Shown in pieces: positions 38,901 to 46,841 of a DNA stretch of 64,000 bases. The position numbers were made by a program, and so were the translations under genes. The notes below the pieces were generated by a model. The model saw only the letters and a program-made list of their open reading frames with translations, ran no database searches and had not been told where the DNA came from. Numbering within the stretch: the stretch's first letter is position 1; each line of letters begins with the position of its first letter. The stretch is from assembly GCA_043732185.1 (NCBI GenBank), contig JAYTHY010000059.1, forward strand, positions 1-64,000. The letters run 5' to 3'. Source of the stretch: Fibrobacteria bacterium. Lineage in GTDB: Bacteria > Fibrobacterota > Fibrobacteria > UBA11236.

Positions 38901-40212
38901 CTATCCCGAAGTCAATATTGCTTTAGCAAGCGCCTTTTATCGACGAGTCTTTCCAGCAGATTCATCTAGTGAGGAGCAAACCATTGGCCAAGCTTTACAA
39001 TTAGCTAAAAATAGTTCTGAAACCAATGCTCCCGGTGGTAATCGCAATGACCTCAAATACGCGCTCTTGGGCGAGCCAGTTATTATGCTACGTAAGCCAA
39101 AGTTGGGAATCACAATTACCCAAGCTCCGGACACCCTTAAAGCATTGGATTGCAACTCTATCACAGGAAAGATTACCGGTGGCAGTGGGGCTGGTTTTGT
39201 AAACATTAAAATAGTTGCGGGTTCGATCCATAAGACATACGTCATCGGTCATGGCATGGTAGCCCAAGAAGTCGATAAGCGTGGAAATATTCTTTTCGAA
39301 AGGACCTTTCCGTATAAGGACTTCACCTTTTCCAGCGACTACTTTATCCCTAAACAAATTTCCTTTGGGGATTCTACAGCTCAAATTCTTTTTTTCGCCT
39401 GGGATGGAAAAGAGGAACGCGAGGGTCTAGCCGCCAGGCAGAATCTCCGTATTACTGGAACCGCCACTAGTGCCTGCGCTACCGACACGGACGGAAAAGG
39501 CCCCCGCATTCAAATCACCGGCTGCCAGAAAAAGGAAACCGATGCAATTGACTTTCCCGATCGGGTGAAGCTGCCTATACCGTATTGTCTGCAGGTCCAG
39601 GTGCAAGATTCAACAGGCGGTGTGCTGACTGGTCAGGGGCCGGATGAGGGCACAACGCTCGAAATTCCCGGTATCCTTGAGCCATTTCATCCCCAGCCTG
39701 GCATCGATGAACTCTATTACAAAACCTATCAGATTTCCCTCGACAAAAAAACCTTTAGGCCCGGCCAGCATTTGCTCAAAGTTTCGGCTCGGGACGGGTA
39801 TGGCAATATCAGCGCGCGACAGATGGTGATGGATCTGACGGCAGATAGTTCATTGCAAACCGTGTCGGCCTACAACGTGCCCAATCCTATGAAACGAAAC
39901 GGCACCACCTTTTACTTTTCCACCATCTTGCCTACGGAAGACGTCGACTTTGCCGATTTAAGCAATGCCGCGGATAGGGTAGGGTTTGAAATCCGGGTGT
40001 TTAATCAATCTGGAAAATTGGTTAAAGTTTTTCAGCACGCTTTAAGCGGTGAAATCCGCTGGGACGGGCATGATGAATGGGGCCAACTTTTGGCCAACGG
40101 GGTGTATTTCTACAAAATCACGGCGAGGCAGAGTTTGGCCAGTTTGGCTGGTGCTCGGCCAAGTTACCGTACTCTCAGTTCCAAGCGCAATGTCCTGATT
40201 ATTTCGCGCTGA
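35962..40212 (+). CDS. porU: Type IX secretion system sortase PorU-like C25 peptidase
   Basis: Signal peptide; C25 propeptide-like region; YVLLFGDGNYD, TDDFY, VGRLP; catalytic NYVGHG and FSC; C-terminal YNVPNP...WDG...ANGVYFYKI. Confidence 0.85.
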   Translation: MKPTSKQFPMTLRFVLILFLLIFLAIPALAESPLSQHQFERVLEDTPEKLVLEISNPDFNLVRVDEAGTFQVTCNGCSRSGIPGSPDLPVYRFDVITGTSAPQVKINILETETRTVMGGISPYPNFLSPTKMEYHADVRLFREAANLEPQLLNVRTLRGVPIRGIETPLTLWSESGKTLTLIKRMQVEVRFAGVFGQRATNRLSGSFAAAVKNPLGGAYLYRSNSPVALRKNSAAHFELGNRFIRFKIGDRNLENLDEDRVYGVSFSDLVRVATDLNGVSVSNLRMYTGPNDSLSRDMQAQILPGTLREIPIEVLDKNGNKTFDEGDSVRFFAHGTSLWTRLPGNRGPIRYEFTSDPYSFENYYFLDFSESGKTGAALRLSESASVPVVSPVKTSSYSYLRAEKDLQTAACDPSGHKDEETGFDWYWYWKGNGCEGDNGTTLSKSQLASDETDSLPDLDRSIPGDSIFVGFYVAQLVQDSGFTVYFGGNGDALDILRVPIQDTSVHPLPNYSPGSYYVWTKPVKDAPVFQLDSLKWPRERRFEGYTVSYRRNHVFSGKPLWIYPTEFGKPVSYKVSGGEGKQCLRIEDGVAVRRMVLDGSETFTDSLSVGANARYFIYSNATGLSPASTEFQSLPSTGTSLRNLETGDGENPEYIIVTPASLLHEALELKDYRNKVSRSVHVRTSVVQVEDIYRQFSSGRLSTVAIRDFLRWAYSGWGTKSSDSHALKYVLLFGDGNYDFRNIKASVMKAAPPNLIPPFECFPFDNDEIATDDFYAALDSNENDLLNLGLDVSVGRLPVQSADQAKAYLQKIKDYEDPTKAGEWRSRVIMAADDATQRGANGDYDPIPRGHTTDSDNLGKDINGNEPAVSVDKIYLLDYPMNSSYHKPEATQDLLSLINRGAVMVNYVGHGASNQWADEALLLTNDALSRMHNEGRTPMINAFSCTVGRFESLTGEGMSEQFVKQKGVGAIAAISSTRESYPEVNIALASAFYRRVFPADSSSEEQTIGQALQLAKNSSETNAPGGNRNDLKYALLGEPVIMLRKPKLGITITQAPDTLKALDCNSITGKITGGSGAGFVNIKIVAGSIHKTYVIGHGMVAQEVDKRGNILFERTFPYKDFTFSSDYFIPKQISFGDSTAQILFFAWDGKEEREGLAARQNLRITGTATSACATDTDGKGPRIQITGCQKKETDAIDFPDRVKLPIPYCLQVQVQDSTGGVLTGQGPDEGTTLEIPGILEPFHPQPGIDELYYKTYQISLDKKTFRPGQHLLKVSARDGYGNISARQMVMDLTADSSLQTVSAYNVPNPMKRNGTTFYFSTILPTEDVDFADLSNAADRVGFEIRVFNQSGKLVKVFQHALSGEIRWDGHDEWGQLLANGVYFYKITARQSLASLAGARPSYRTLSSKRNVLIISR

Positions 40213-40236
40213 AAATAATTATCGTCTCGTATTTAA

Positions 40237-40550
40237 TTAGAGTCCATATTTTCTGAAAACCATTCCATTGGGTTCCACTCCAACCGGGATATTTTTTATC
40301 AGACTTTTAGGTGGAATTTTTAGGACGCTAACTGTGCCTGCTCCTTGGTTGGTAGCATAGCCATAAAGAACCCTGATCTGGACTTTTAGGTTAGGTGATG
40401 GGTAAATGGAGCCTCCTTGAGCGCAATGGCACGTGCTACTTCGTTTGTGATGGTAGCGATGCCTTTTTGCCCGACATTCCAAAACAAAGTTGAGACTTCG
40501 GCAATGTTTAATAGTGGAGAGGATCCATTCGCCACGGATGCTAACTGCAA
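40237..40550 (-). pseudogene. Decayed YncE/YVTN beta-propeller gene
   Basis: Fragments in three frames: VANG...TNEVARAIALKEAPFTHHLT* / SPDQ / YATNQGAGTVSVL...KNIPVGVEPNGMVFR*. Confidence 0.65.
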
Positions 40551-40706
40551 CAGATGAATAATTCACCAGTGACCCGCACCAAAATGTGCAGGGTTGACAG
40601 TCTTGCATGAATCGTGGGCCTTCTCAGGATAAAAATTAAGCCTGTTATTTTCTCCACTAGATATCGCATGCGTGCAAAAGAGAACCGATGAATCCCAATA
40701 TTAAAT

Positions 40707-40737
40707 GGAAACTCCAACTCAAATCGCTGGAGTTTCC
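40707..40737 (-). terminator. Hairpin downstream of the lipoprotein gene
   Basis: GGAAACTCCA-N11-TGGAGTTTCC, a perfect 10-bp stem. Confidence 0.6.
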
Positions 40738-40751
40738 GAACAGAAGTTCAA

Positions 40752-41762
40752 TTAAGGCAAATACTTGCGGGTGGTACCCGATTCCGATTTAAACTCAATA
40801 AAATAAGGTTCTGTGCCGGTTGGGTAAGTGAAAGTTAGCCCGCCGACTTTAGACTCATCACCTTTGCCAACTTGATCCTTATCGCTGAAATGCCCAATTT
40901 TGGCGGTGGGTTTGAAAATATTTCCTTGACGATCAACTAAAGTAAACCCTTCGCTGGTAAATAGGATTGGGCCGGAAGAGCCGTTAAAGGCCCGAACCTG
41001 CACCTTCAAAGAGGTCGCACCCGGTTCCAATTTTACGATTCCCAGCAATATTCCATATTTGTTGATCCGGAAATCAGGACGTTCCCCTAAATCCACTTCA
41101 TCGTTATCATACATCAGATAGGTATTGAGATTGAGTTTTCGAATTTGGGACCAAAGATCCTTCATCTCTGCAGACTCTCCTCCCATGATCAAGGCGAGCT
41201 TATTCATTTTATAATCGGCAACGATTCCCGCTGTCGGTTGAGTAGCAGCATCCTTAAAAGTCGCGGCAATTTCGGAAAGTTTTTTAGCTGCGTATTCCTT
41301 GCGAATTCCAGCGACTTTGGATGTTGCTGAACCGTGTCCTCCGCCAAGGCTTTCGGCAGTTTGAAGAAAGCGGAAGCCGCTTTCAGCTTCTTCACTGCTG
41401 CCCAATTTCAATCTTTGCATGCCGATGTCTTCCAAAGTCTGCGTGAACAATGCCTGATTGGCAGGATCCGGATTCTGGGTCAAAAGACTTGCGACCGTAT
41501 CTTTGAGAATATCCAGAAACTCTGCCGTGGGATCTTCCTTTGCGCGCAATGCCATCGCCTGAATATTGACCAACGTGTAATTTTTAGGAAATTCCGGGGA
41601 TACTTTGCCTCTTTTCAAGGCCTCTTCATATTGCATTAAGGCGCGCAGCGGGTCCCCGGCCTTGCGGTAAGTATCACCAGAAGCTTCTTGGCGTGACCGG
41701 CAACCCGTCAGGAAAAAAGCCAGCATCAGAGTGCTCCATAGCATTGCCTTGGTAGTCTTCAT
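40752..41762 (-). CDS. Lipoprotein with a helical TPR-like N-part and an Ig-like (DUF4352-like) C-domain
   Basis: MKTTK...FLTGC lipobox; FTLVDRQGNIF; LTFTYP. Confidence 0.7.
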   Translation of the reverse strand: MKTTKAMLWSTLMLAFFLTGCRSRQEASGDTYRKAGDPLRALMQYEEALKRGKVSPEFPKNYTLVNIQAMALRAKEDPTAEFLDILKDTVASLLTQNPDPANQALFTQTLEDIGMQRLKLGSSEEAESGFRFLQTAESLGGGHGSATSKVAGIRKEYAAKKLSEIAATFKDAATQPTAGIVADYKMNKLALIMGGESAEMKDLWSQIRKLNLNTYLMYDNDEVDLGERPDFRINKYGILLGIVKLEPGATSLKVQVRAFNGSSGPILFTSEGFTLVDRQGNIFKPTAKIGHFSDKDQVGKGDESKVGGLTFTYPTGTEPYFIEFKSESGTTRKYLP

Positions 41763-41961
41763 CTTTTTTCCTTTTGTTTTCCACCGCGTTCGGAGCGTGC
41801 CAAAGTCGGTTGGGTTTTTAATAGTAGGCCGAGCCTTAGAACGAGAGAAAAAATAATCGAAGCTGGCCACCTTTTGTGTGAGTTTTTCCAGCTTTTTTCT
41901 TGTGAAAGGGAGACTGGATACTTGCCAAGGCCTTCATGCTTTGAATAGCTTTGCAGCCTCC

Positions 41962-42035
41962 GGGCCCATAGCTCAGTTGGTTAGAGCAAGCGACTCATAA
42001 TCGCTTGGTCCTTGGTTCAAGTCCAAGTGGGCCCA
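41962..42035 (+). tRNA. tRNA with CAT anticodon, most likely tRNA-Ile2 (lysidine type)
   Basis: GGGCCCA/TGGGCCC acceptor stem; arm GCGACTCATAATCGC as in ileX-type tRNAs; GTTCAAG T-loop; CCA not encoded. Confidence 0.9.
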
Positions 42036-42057
42036 CTTTAACCGCCGGGCGGGAATA

Positions 42058-42672
42058 GTGAAGAAGATTATTTTTTGGGGCGATAGCTTATTGGCGGGAT
42101 CCAATGGATTCGCGGAGCTTTTGTCGCTACACATTTTCTTGCATCATCCTCAAGCCAACATTGTTACCAGTATTTATGGGGGTGGCCCCGTTACCTGGCA
42201 GGAAACGCTTCCAGAAGCCCCGCTGCATGTTATTGGAAAAGCGCCTGATCTGGTAGTTTTGGGATTTGGCAGTGCGGACCTTATGCTGGGGAAGACCCCA
42301 GAAGTGGTTTGGACGGATGCCCAAACCAGTTTGGCATTGATGCTTCAAAAAACCCATAGCCGCATTTGCTTGATCTCCTTGATTTCCAGCTTCTTTATGG
42401 AAGAACAGGAGCGTGAAGCGTGTCGGGCCATTAACGATAGAATGCGTGCATTAGCCGTAAACCGAGTGGAATGGATTGAATTGGATGCACCGGTAGAAAA
42501 CTTTCTTATTCAACACCGCCAGGGAACAGGGGAGAAGCATTCCTTGCATTTGGACAATACGCGATTGACGCCCCTGGGAAGGCTATTTCTGGCGCACCAC
42601 GCCTTTCGCCTCATTTCCTGGCCCGGATTGTCAGGGCACGGAATTTTTCCTATATCCCAGGACCATTCTTAA
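42058..42672 (+). CDS. SGNH/GDSL-fold protein, possibly inactive
   Basis: Block I FWGDSL; PDLVVLGFGSAD; block V DNTR. Confidence 0.75.
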   Translation: MKKIIFWGDSLLAGSNGFAELLSLHIFLHHPQANIVTSIYGGGPVTWQETLPEAPLHVIGKAPDLVVLGFGSADLMLGKTPEVVWTDAQTSLALMLQKTHSRICLISLISSFFMEEQEREACRAINDRMRALAVNRVEWIELDAPVENFLIQHRQGTGEKHSLHLDNTRLTPLGRLFLAHHAFRLISWPGLSGHGIFPISQDHS

Positions 42673-42689
42673 AGCGGCCTGGAGGACAG

Positions 42690-43022
42690 ATGGCAGAAGA
42701 TGACAACCACTCGCGATTCCTCCGTAAAAATCTGGCGCTAAGCAAAGCCTACGAAATTGAGAAGAAGGACAAATTCAAGGATAAGTCCTCGCGCGGTGAA
42801 ATCAAGCCGGATACAGTCGCTTGCTATCGTTGCAAAAAACTCCGGCCTTGCCTGAAGTTCGGCATCATGGAAACAGGCCGCGCAGAGGGTGCGGTTTCGG
42901 TTTCAAACGAATATGTCCCGTTATGCGAAGAATGCGCCCCAAAGCGCAAAAAAGATCCGAATGAATTGAATGCCAAGCAAATCAGCTCCCTTTTACGGGG
43001 TGCCCGCCGCGGACGTTTATAA
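42690..43022 (+). CDS. Small basic putative zinc-binding protein
   Basis: SD GGAGG; CYRC and CEEC pairs. Confidence 0.65.
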   Translation: MAEDDNHSRFLRKNLALSKAYEIEKKDKFKDKSSRGEIKPDTVACYRCKKLRPCLKFGIMETGRAEGAVSVSNEYVPLCEECAPKRKKDPNELNAKQISSLLRGARRGRL

Positions 43023-43095
43023 GATTCTTGATTAATTTAAAATCCGGATTTATTTAAAGTCCGATAATCCTGATTTTAACGATGAGCCGCTGGAA

Positions 43096-43554
43096 TCAGG
43101 TATAGCTTTGCTTCATTTCGCTGATCTCGGATAGGAATTCCTTTATCTCTTGGAACTTCCGATAAACCGAAGCGAAGCGGATATAAGCGACTTCATCAAC
43201 CGGAAATAGGCCTTTCATCGTGAGCTCACCGATGGTTTTGCTACTGATTTCGCCTTCAGCCATTCCCTGGATTTGATTTTCAATACTATCGACCATCTGA
43301 TCGATTGTCTCAACGGAAATGGGGCGCTTTTTACAAGCCATATGCAGGCCAGACAGGATTTTCTGGCGGTCATAGGGTTCGCGTCGACCATCTGCCTTAA
43401 CAATGGTTAAGGGAATCGTTTCCACATATTCATACGTGGTGTACCGCTGACTGCAGCTCAGGCATTCTCGGCGCCGGCGAATAGCCTTTCCCTCGCGGCT
43501 ACTTCGGGAGTCCACCACTTTATCTTCTTCACAATTACAGAAAGGACATTTCAT
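43096..43554 (-). CDS. nrdR: Transcriptional repressor NrdR
   Basis: MKCPFC, VVDSR, IRRRREC, ATP cone, AYIRFASVY. Confidence 0.97.
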   Translation of the reverse strand: MKCPFCNCEEDKVVDSRSSREGKAIRRRRECLSCSQRYTTYEYVETIPLTIVKADGRREPYDRQKILSGLHMACKKRPISVETIDQMVDSIENQIQGMAEGEISSKTIGELTMKGLFPVDEVAYIRFASVYRKFQEIKEFLSEISEMKQSYT

Positions 43555-43659
43555 AGAGCTTTTTAGGAATATATCCAGATCTCAACAACTAATCAACAGA
43601 TTTTGTTGAAAACCGCTTAAAAACGCCACTTTTCGTGGAACTCGTGACGTAAAAGGGAG

Positions 43660-45333
43660 TTATCCCTGTTCCAGTTCTAATGTTTTGGTAATGGCATCAC
43701 AGACTTCAGTCGGGCCAAAATATTGTATGGGACCAGGATAAATAAAGGCATCTTCTAGCTCCCATTTGGTCTGACCGGCCTTTAGCGCTCGAAATGCAGG
43801 ACCTTCCAGGTCCACTAGGGCTTTTTGAATCACCGGTTTTAGGTGGCCGTGACGCGTTTCCATGTTGAAAAGCATGGTGATGGGAATGCCTCCCGCAGCC
43901 CATTGGTCGATGCCCTTGGACACTCCGCGGATGGAAGCCATGTAGCCAGTTTTTCCGGAACGAACCAAAACCGCGGCCACGCAGCCGAGGCTGTAACAAT
44001 AATCTGCGTCGAAATTGGATGGGGCTGCAGCCCGGCCTTCATAGCCAAAGAAATGCCGCTGGCTGGCGAACTTTCCTGAAAATTCCGGGGAACTTTTGAG
44101 CTTTCGTCCGACTAATTCCGCGAGTAGCGCATCGGTTTCAATTAAGGAAACCTGTACGTTACCGTGGGGATCGCGGTCCAACAGAAGTTGCATTTGAATA
44201 TTCTGTGGAAGCGACGCAAAGGTGCCTTTAAGATCGTCCGCGAGCCAACCGGTCATTGCAGAAATCTTGGCGGCCAGTGATTCCAATTTCGCAAAAGTGG
44301 CTTCATGCTTGGCAAGCAAATCATTGAGGGTGCCGATTAATTTTTTGAAAGATGGAATAAATTCAATCAGTCCTTCCGGGATCAGGACGACGCCATAGTT
44401 TTTTCCAGCTGCAGCGCGGGCAGAAATCACCCTCGCAATATCTGCCACGATTTGTTCCAGACTTAGATTGGTTTTCTCAACTTCTTCGGAAATCAAGGTT
44501 ACATTCGCATGCGTTTGTAAACCTGCTTCCAAGGCAATATGGCTAGCGGAACGCCCCATCAGTTTCACAAAATGCCAGTACTTCTTAGCTGATCCAGCAT
44601 CCCGGGCAATATTTCCGATGAGTTCGGAATAGGTCTTAACGGCTGTGTCGAAACCGAAAGAAATGGGGATGTACGAATTTTTTAGGTCGCCATCGATGGT
44701 TTTGGGCACGCCGATAACGGAGGTGGTCAATCCTTTGCTTTGTAGGTATTCTGCCAAGATAGCGGCATTGGTATTGGAATCGTCCCCGCCGATAATGACT
44801 ACCGCATTCAATTCCAACCGCTTGATCACTTCAATGCAACGGTCAAATTGTTCCGTGGTTTCCAGCTTGGTCCGGCCAGAACCAATGATGTCAAATCCAC
44901 CGGTGTTTCGATACGCGTCCATAATTTCGGCTGAAATAATTTGATATTTGCCTTTCTCAAGTCCGCCGGGTCCAGCTAGAAAGCCGTATAGCTGGCTATC
45001 AGGATGGATCGCACGAATGCTGTCAAATATTCCAGCGATAACATTGTGACCACCGGGGGCTTGGCCTCCGGAGAGTACCACGCCAACTCGGAGTGGTTTG
45101 GCAGCGGCGCTGTTTTCATTCGTAGCTTGAAAACTTAAAATCGGTTTGCCGTAGGTATGGGGAAAGCTCTTCTTGATCAGATCCTGATCTTTCGCAGCCT
45201 CAGCCGCAGCGCCCTCAACAACTTGCACCTTGGCAATGCCGTGTCGTAGCGAGGTGGGAACTTTGGGATGGTACTGTTGCCGGTGCTTTTCAAGAGTCGA
45301 GATTTGTAACACGCTGTTCCTTTGGTCGATCAT
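43660..45333 (-). CDS. pfp: Pyrophosphate-dependent phosphofructokinase (long clade)
   Basis: SGGQAPGGHNVI, GGDDSNT, PKTIDGD, MGRSASH, DPHGNV. Confidence 0.95.
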   Translation of the reverse strand: MIDQRNSVLQISTLEKHRQQYHPKVPTSLRHGIAKVQVVEGAAAEAAKDQDLIKKSFPHTYGKPILSFQATNENSAAAKPLRVGVVLSGGQAPGGHNVIAGIFDSIRAIHPDSQLYGFLAGPGGLEKGKYQIISAEIMDAYRNTGGFDIIGSGRTKLETTEQFDRCIEVIKRLELNAVVIIGGDDSNTNAAILAEYLQSKGLTTSVIGVPKTIDGDLKNSYIPISFGFDTAVKTYSELIGNIARDAGSAKKYWHFVKLMGRSASHIALEAGLQTHANVTLISEEVEKTNLSLEQIVADIARVISARAAAGKNYGVVLIPEGLIEFIPSFKKLIGTLNDLLAKHEATFAKLESLAAKISAMTGWLADDLKGTFASLPQNIQMQLLLDRDPHGNVQVSLIETDALLAELVGRKLKSSPEFSGKFASQRHFFGYEGRAAAPSNFDADYCYSLGCVAAVLVRSGKTGYMASIRGVSKGIDQWAAGGIPITMLFNMETRHGHLKPVIQKALVDLEGPAFRALKAGQTKWELEDAFIYPGPIQYFGPTEVCDAITKTLELEQG

Positions 45334-45535
45334 TCATGCAGGATACTTATGCCGAGAAATTCGGTGAACTCAAGGGGCTAAAATTAATTTGCTTGGCGGC
45401 GAAATACGAGCCAGTCGGGCTCTGAATTGCCAGAATGCAGCTAAGTTCGTTTGGTTCTTTCACCCAGGTTGCATTTCATTGACGGAAAGCGAGCGGTTTT
45501 GGTAACTTTACCCCCTTCGACCAAAAAATTGGTAA

Positions 45536-45612
45536 CGGGATGTGGCTCAGTCTGGTAGAGTACCTGAATGGGGTTCAGGTGGTCGTGGGTTCGAATCCCG
45601 CCATCCCGACCA
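45536..45612 (+). tRNA. tRNA-Pro(GGG)
   Basis: CGGGATG/CATCCCG acceptor stem; CCTGA-ATGGGGT-TCAGG arm; GTTCGAATC; CCA encoded. Confidence 0.95.
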
Positions 45613-45652
45613 ATGGGGGGATCCTGTGAAAACGGAATCTCCCCATTTTTTT
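45613..45652 (+). terminator. Terminator after tRNA-Pro
   Basis: ATGGGGGGAT...ATCTCCCCAT followed by a T run. Confidence 0.7.
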
Positions 45653-45943
45653 ACAATTCACCTACTTTTTTGCCCAATCTTCTTAGCCAAATGTCTTTAG
45701 AATGTAGGGACTATTTGACAAATAGGGGACGACTCGGCACCGGTTTTCACTAGCATCTATCGGCCTTTCGAGCCCCATATTGCGCTGTGCGGATTTCATA
45801 CCTGAATCCGCGTAATTATTACTGGCAAAGGATTGGATTCGGGCATAAATATTATCTATCGTTTGAGAGTTATTTTGTTTTGATAGTACCGCGATAGTCC
45901 AAATTTGAATTCCGACGCAGTTTGCGTTTGCATGAAAGGCAAT

Positions 45944-46750
45944 ATGAAATCTTTATTTTATTCTAAATCCGCTCTTTTTGGGGCAGCCACCTTGCTTCTG
46001 GCTGCAGTTACGGCCCCATCCTCCCAGGTTACGGCTCCACCCTTTCGCATAAATTGTGGCGGACCGGCTTTCACGGACTCCAAAGGAATGGAGTGGGAAG
46101 CTGATAGCCACTACACTGGTGGAGATACATATGTAACAGGTGAAATGATTTCCTTGACCGACGAAAGCACTCTCTATCAAACCGAACGCTGGTTTGATCC
46201 AGCTCGTGATCCTTTGAAATATGATTTTACTGTACCCGATGGCAGTTATATGGTGCGATTGCATATGGCTGAGATATATGCACCTTGGTTCTTCGTCGGG
46301 GGTCGCGTTTTTAACATTGCTATAAACGATGTCACTGTGGCAGAAAACTATGACATTTTCGCTGAAGTCGGCGGCAATGTCGCTTCGATTAAGGAATATC
46401 CAGTCACGGTGACGACAGGAGCAATTTCAATTTCCTTTACCAATATTGCCCAACATGCCAAGGTTAATGCAATTGAAGTACTCGACGCGTCTACGGTTCA
46501 TTCAATGTTGCACGGCAAGGTGAACAATTTCCTTAATATCAAATCCACCGGCGCAACTATTTCTGTGTTGTCCGCGTTTCCTTCCGCTTATTCCGTTGCA
46601 TTGCGGGATATAACGGGAAGTAAGCTAGATCAGAAGTCTGGAATGGGTGCAGGTGAACAACGCTTTAATAACTTGCATCCCGGTGTTTATTTTGTGGATG
46701 CCAAATCTGGCAGCACAATGTTCACCAAAAAAGTGTGTGTCCTTCCTTAA
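45944..46750 (+). CDS. Secreted malectin-domain carbohydrate-binding protein with a T9SS-like CTD
   Basis: Signal peptide; RINCGG, LYQTER, LHMAEI, RVFNI, DIFAEVG; C-terminal DITG...LHPGVYFV. Confidence 0.88.
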   Translation: MKSLFYSKSALFGAATLLLAAVTAPSSQVTAPPFRINCGGPAFTDSKGMEWEADSHYTGGDTYVTGEMISLTDESTLYQTERWFDPARDPLKYDFTVPDGSYMVRLHMAEIYAPWFFVGGRVFNIAINDVTVAENYDIFAEVGGNVASIKEYPVTVTTGAISISFTNIAQHAKVNAIEVLDASTVHSMLHGKVNNFLNIKSTGATISVLSAFPSAYSVALRDITGSKLDQKSGMGAGEQRFNNLHPGVYFVDAKSGSTMFTKKVCVLP

Positions 46751-46841
46751 TCGATCAGCAAGTTGACTCTTTAGACTTTTCAGCGCCGCGAGACATCGCG
46801 GCGGAACACATCGAAAGGTCTACCTCCTCAAGCTCTAAAAT

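Noticed and set aside
41962..42035. tRNA-Met (initiator or elongator)
   Set aside because: The 1:72 position is paired and there are no three consecutive G:C pairs in the anticodon stem, so it is not an initiator. The arm sequence matches Ile2-type tRNAs. Elongator Met is not fully excluded.
45788..45810. Riboswitch upstream of the malectin gene
   Set aside because: A single hairpin (GCGGATT...AATCCGC) with no recognisable aptamer consensus.
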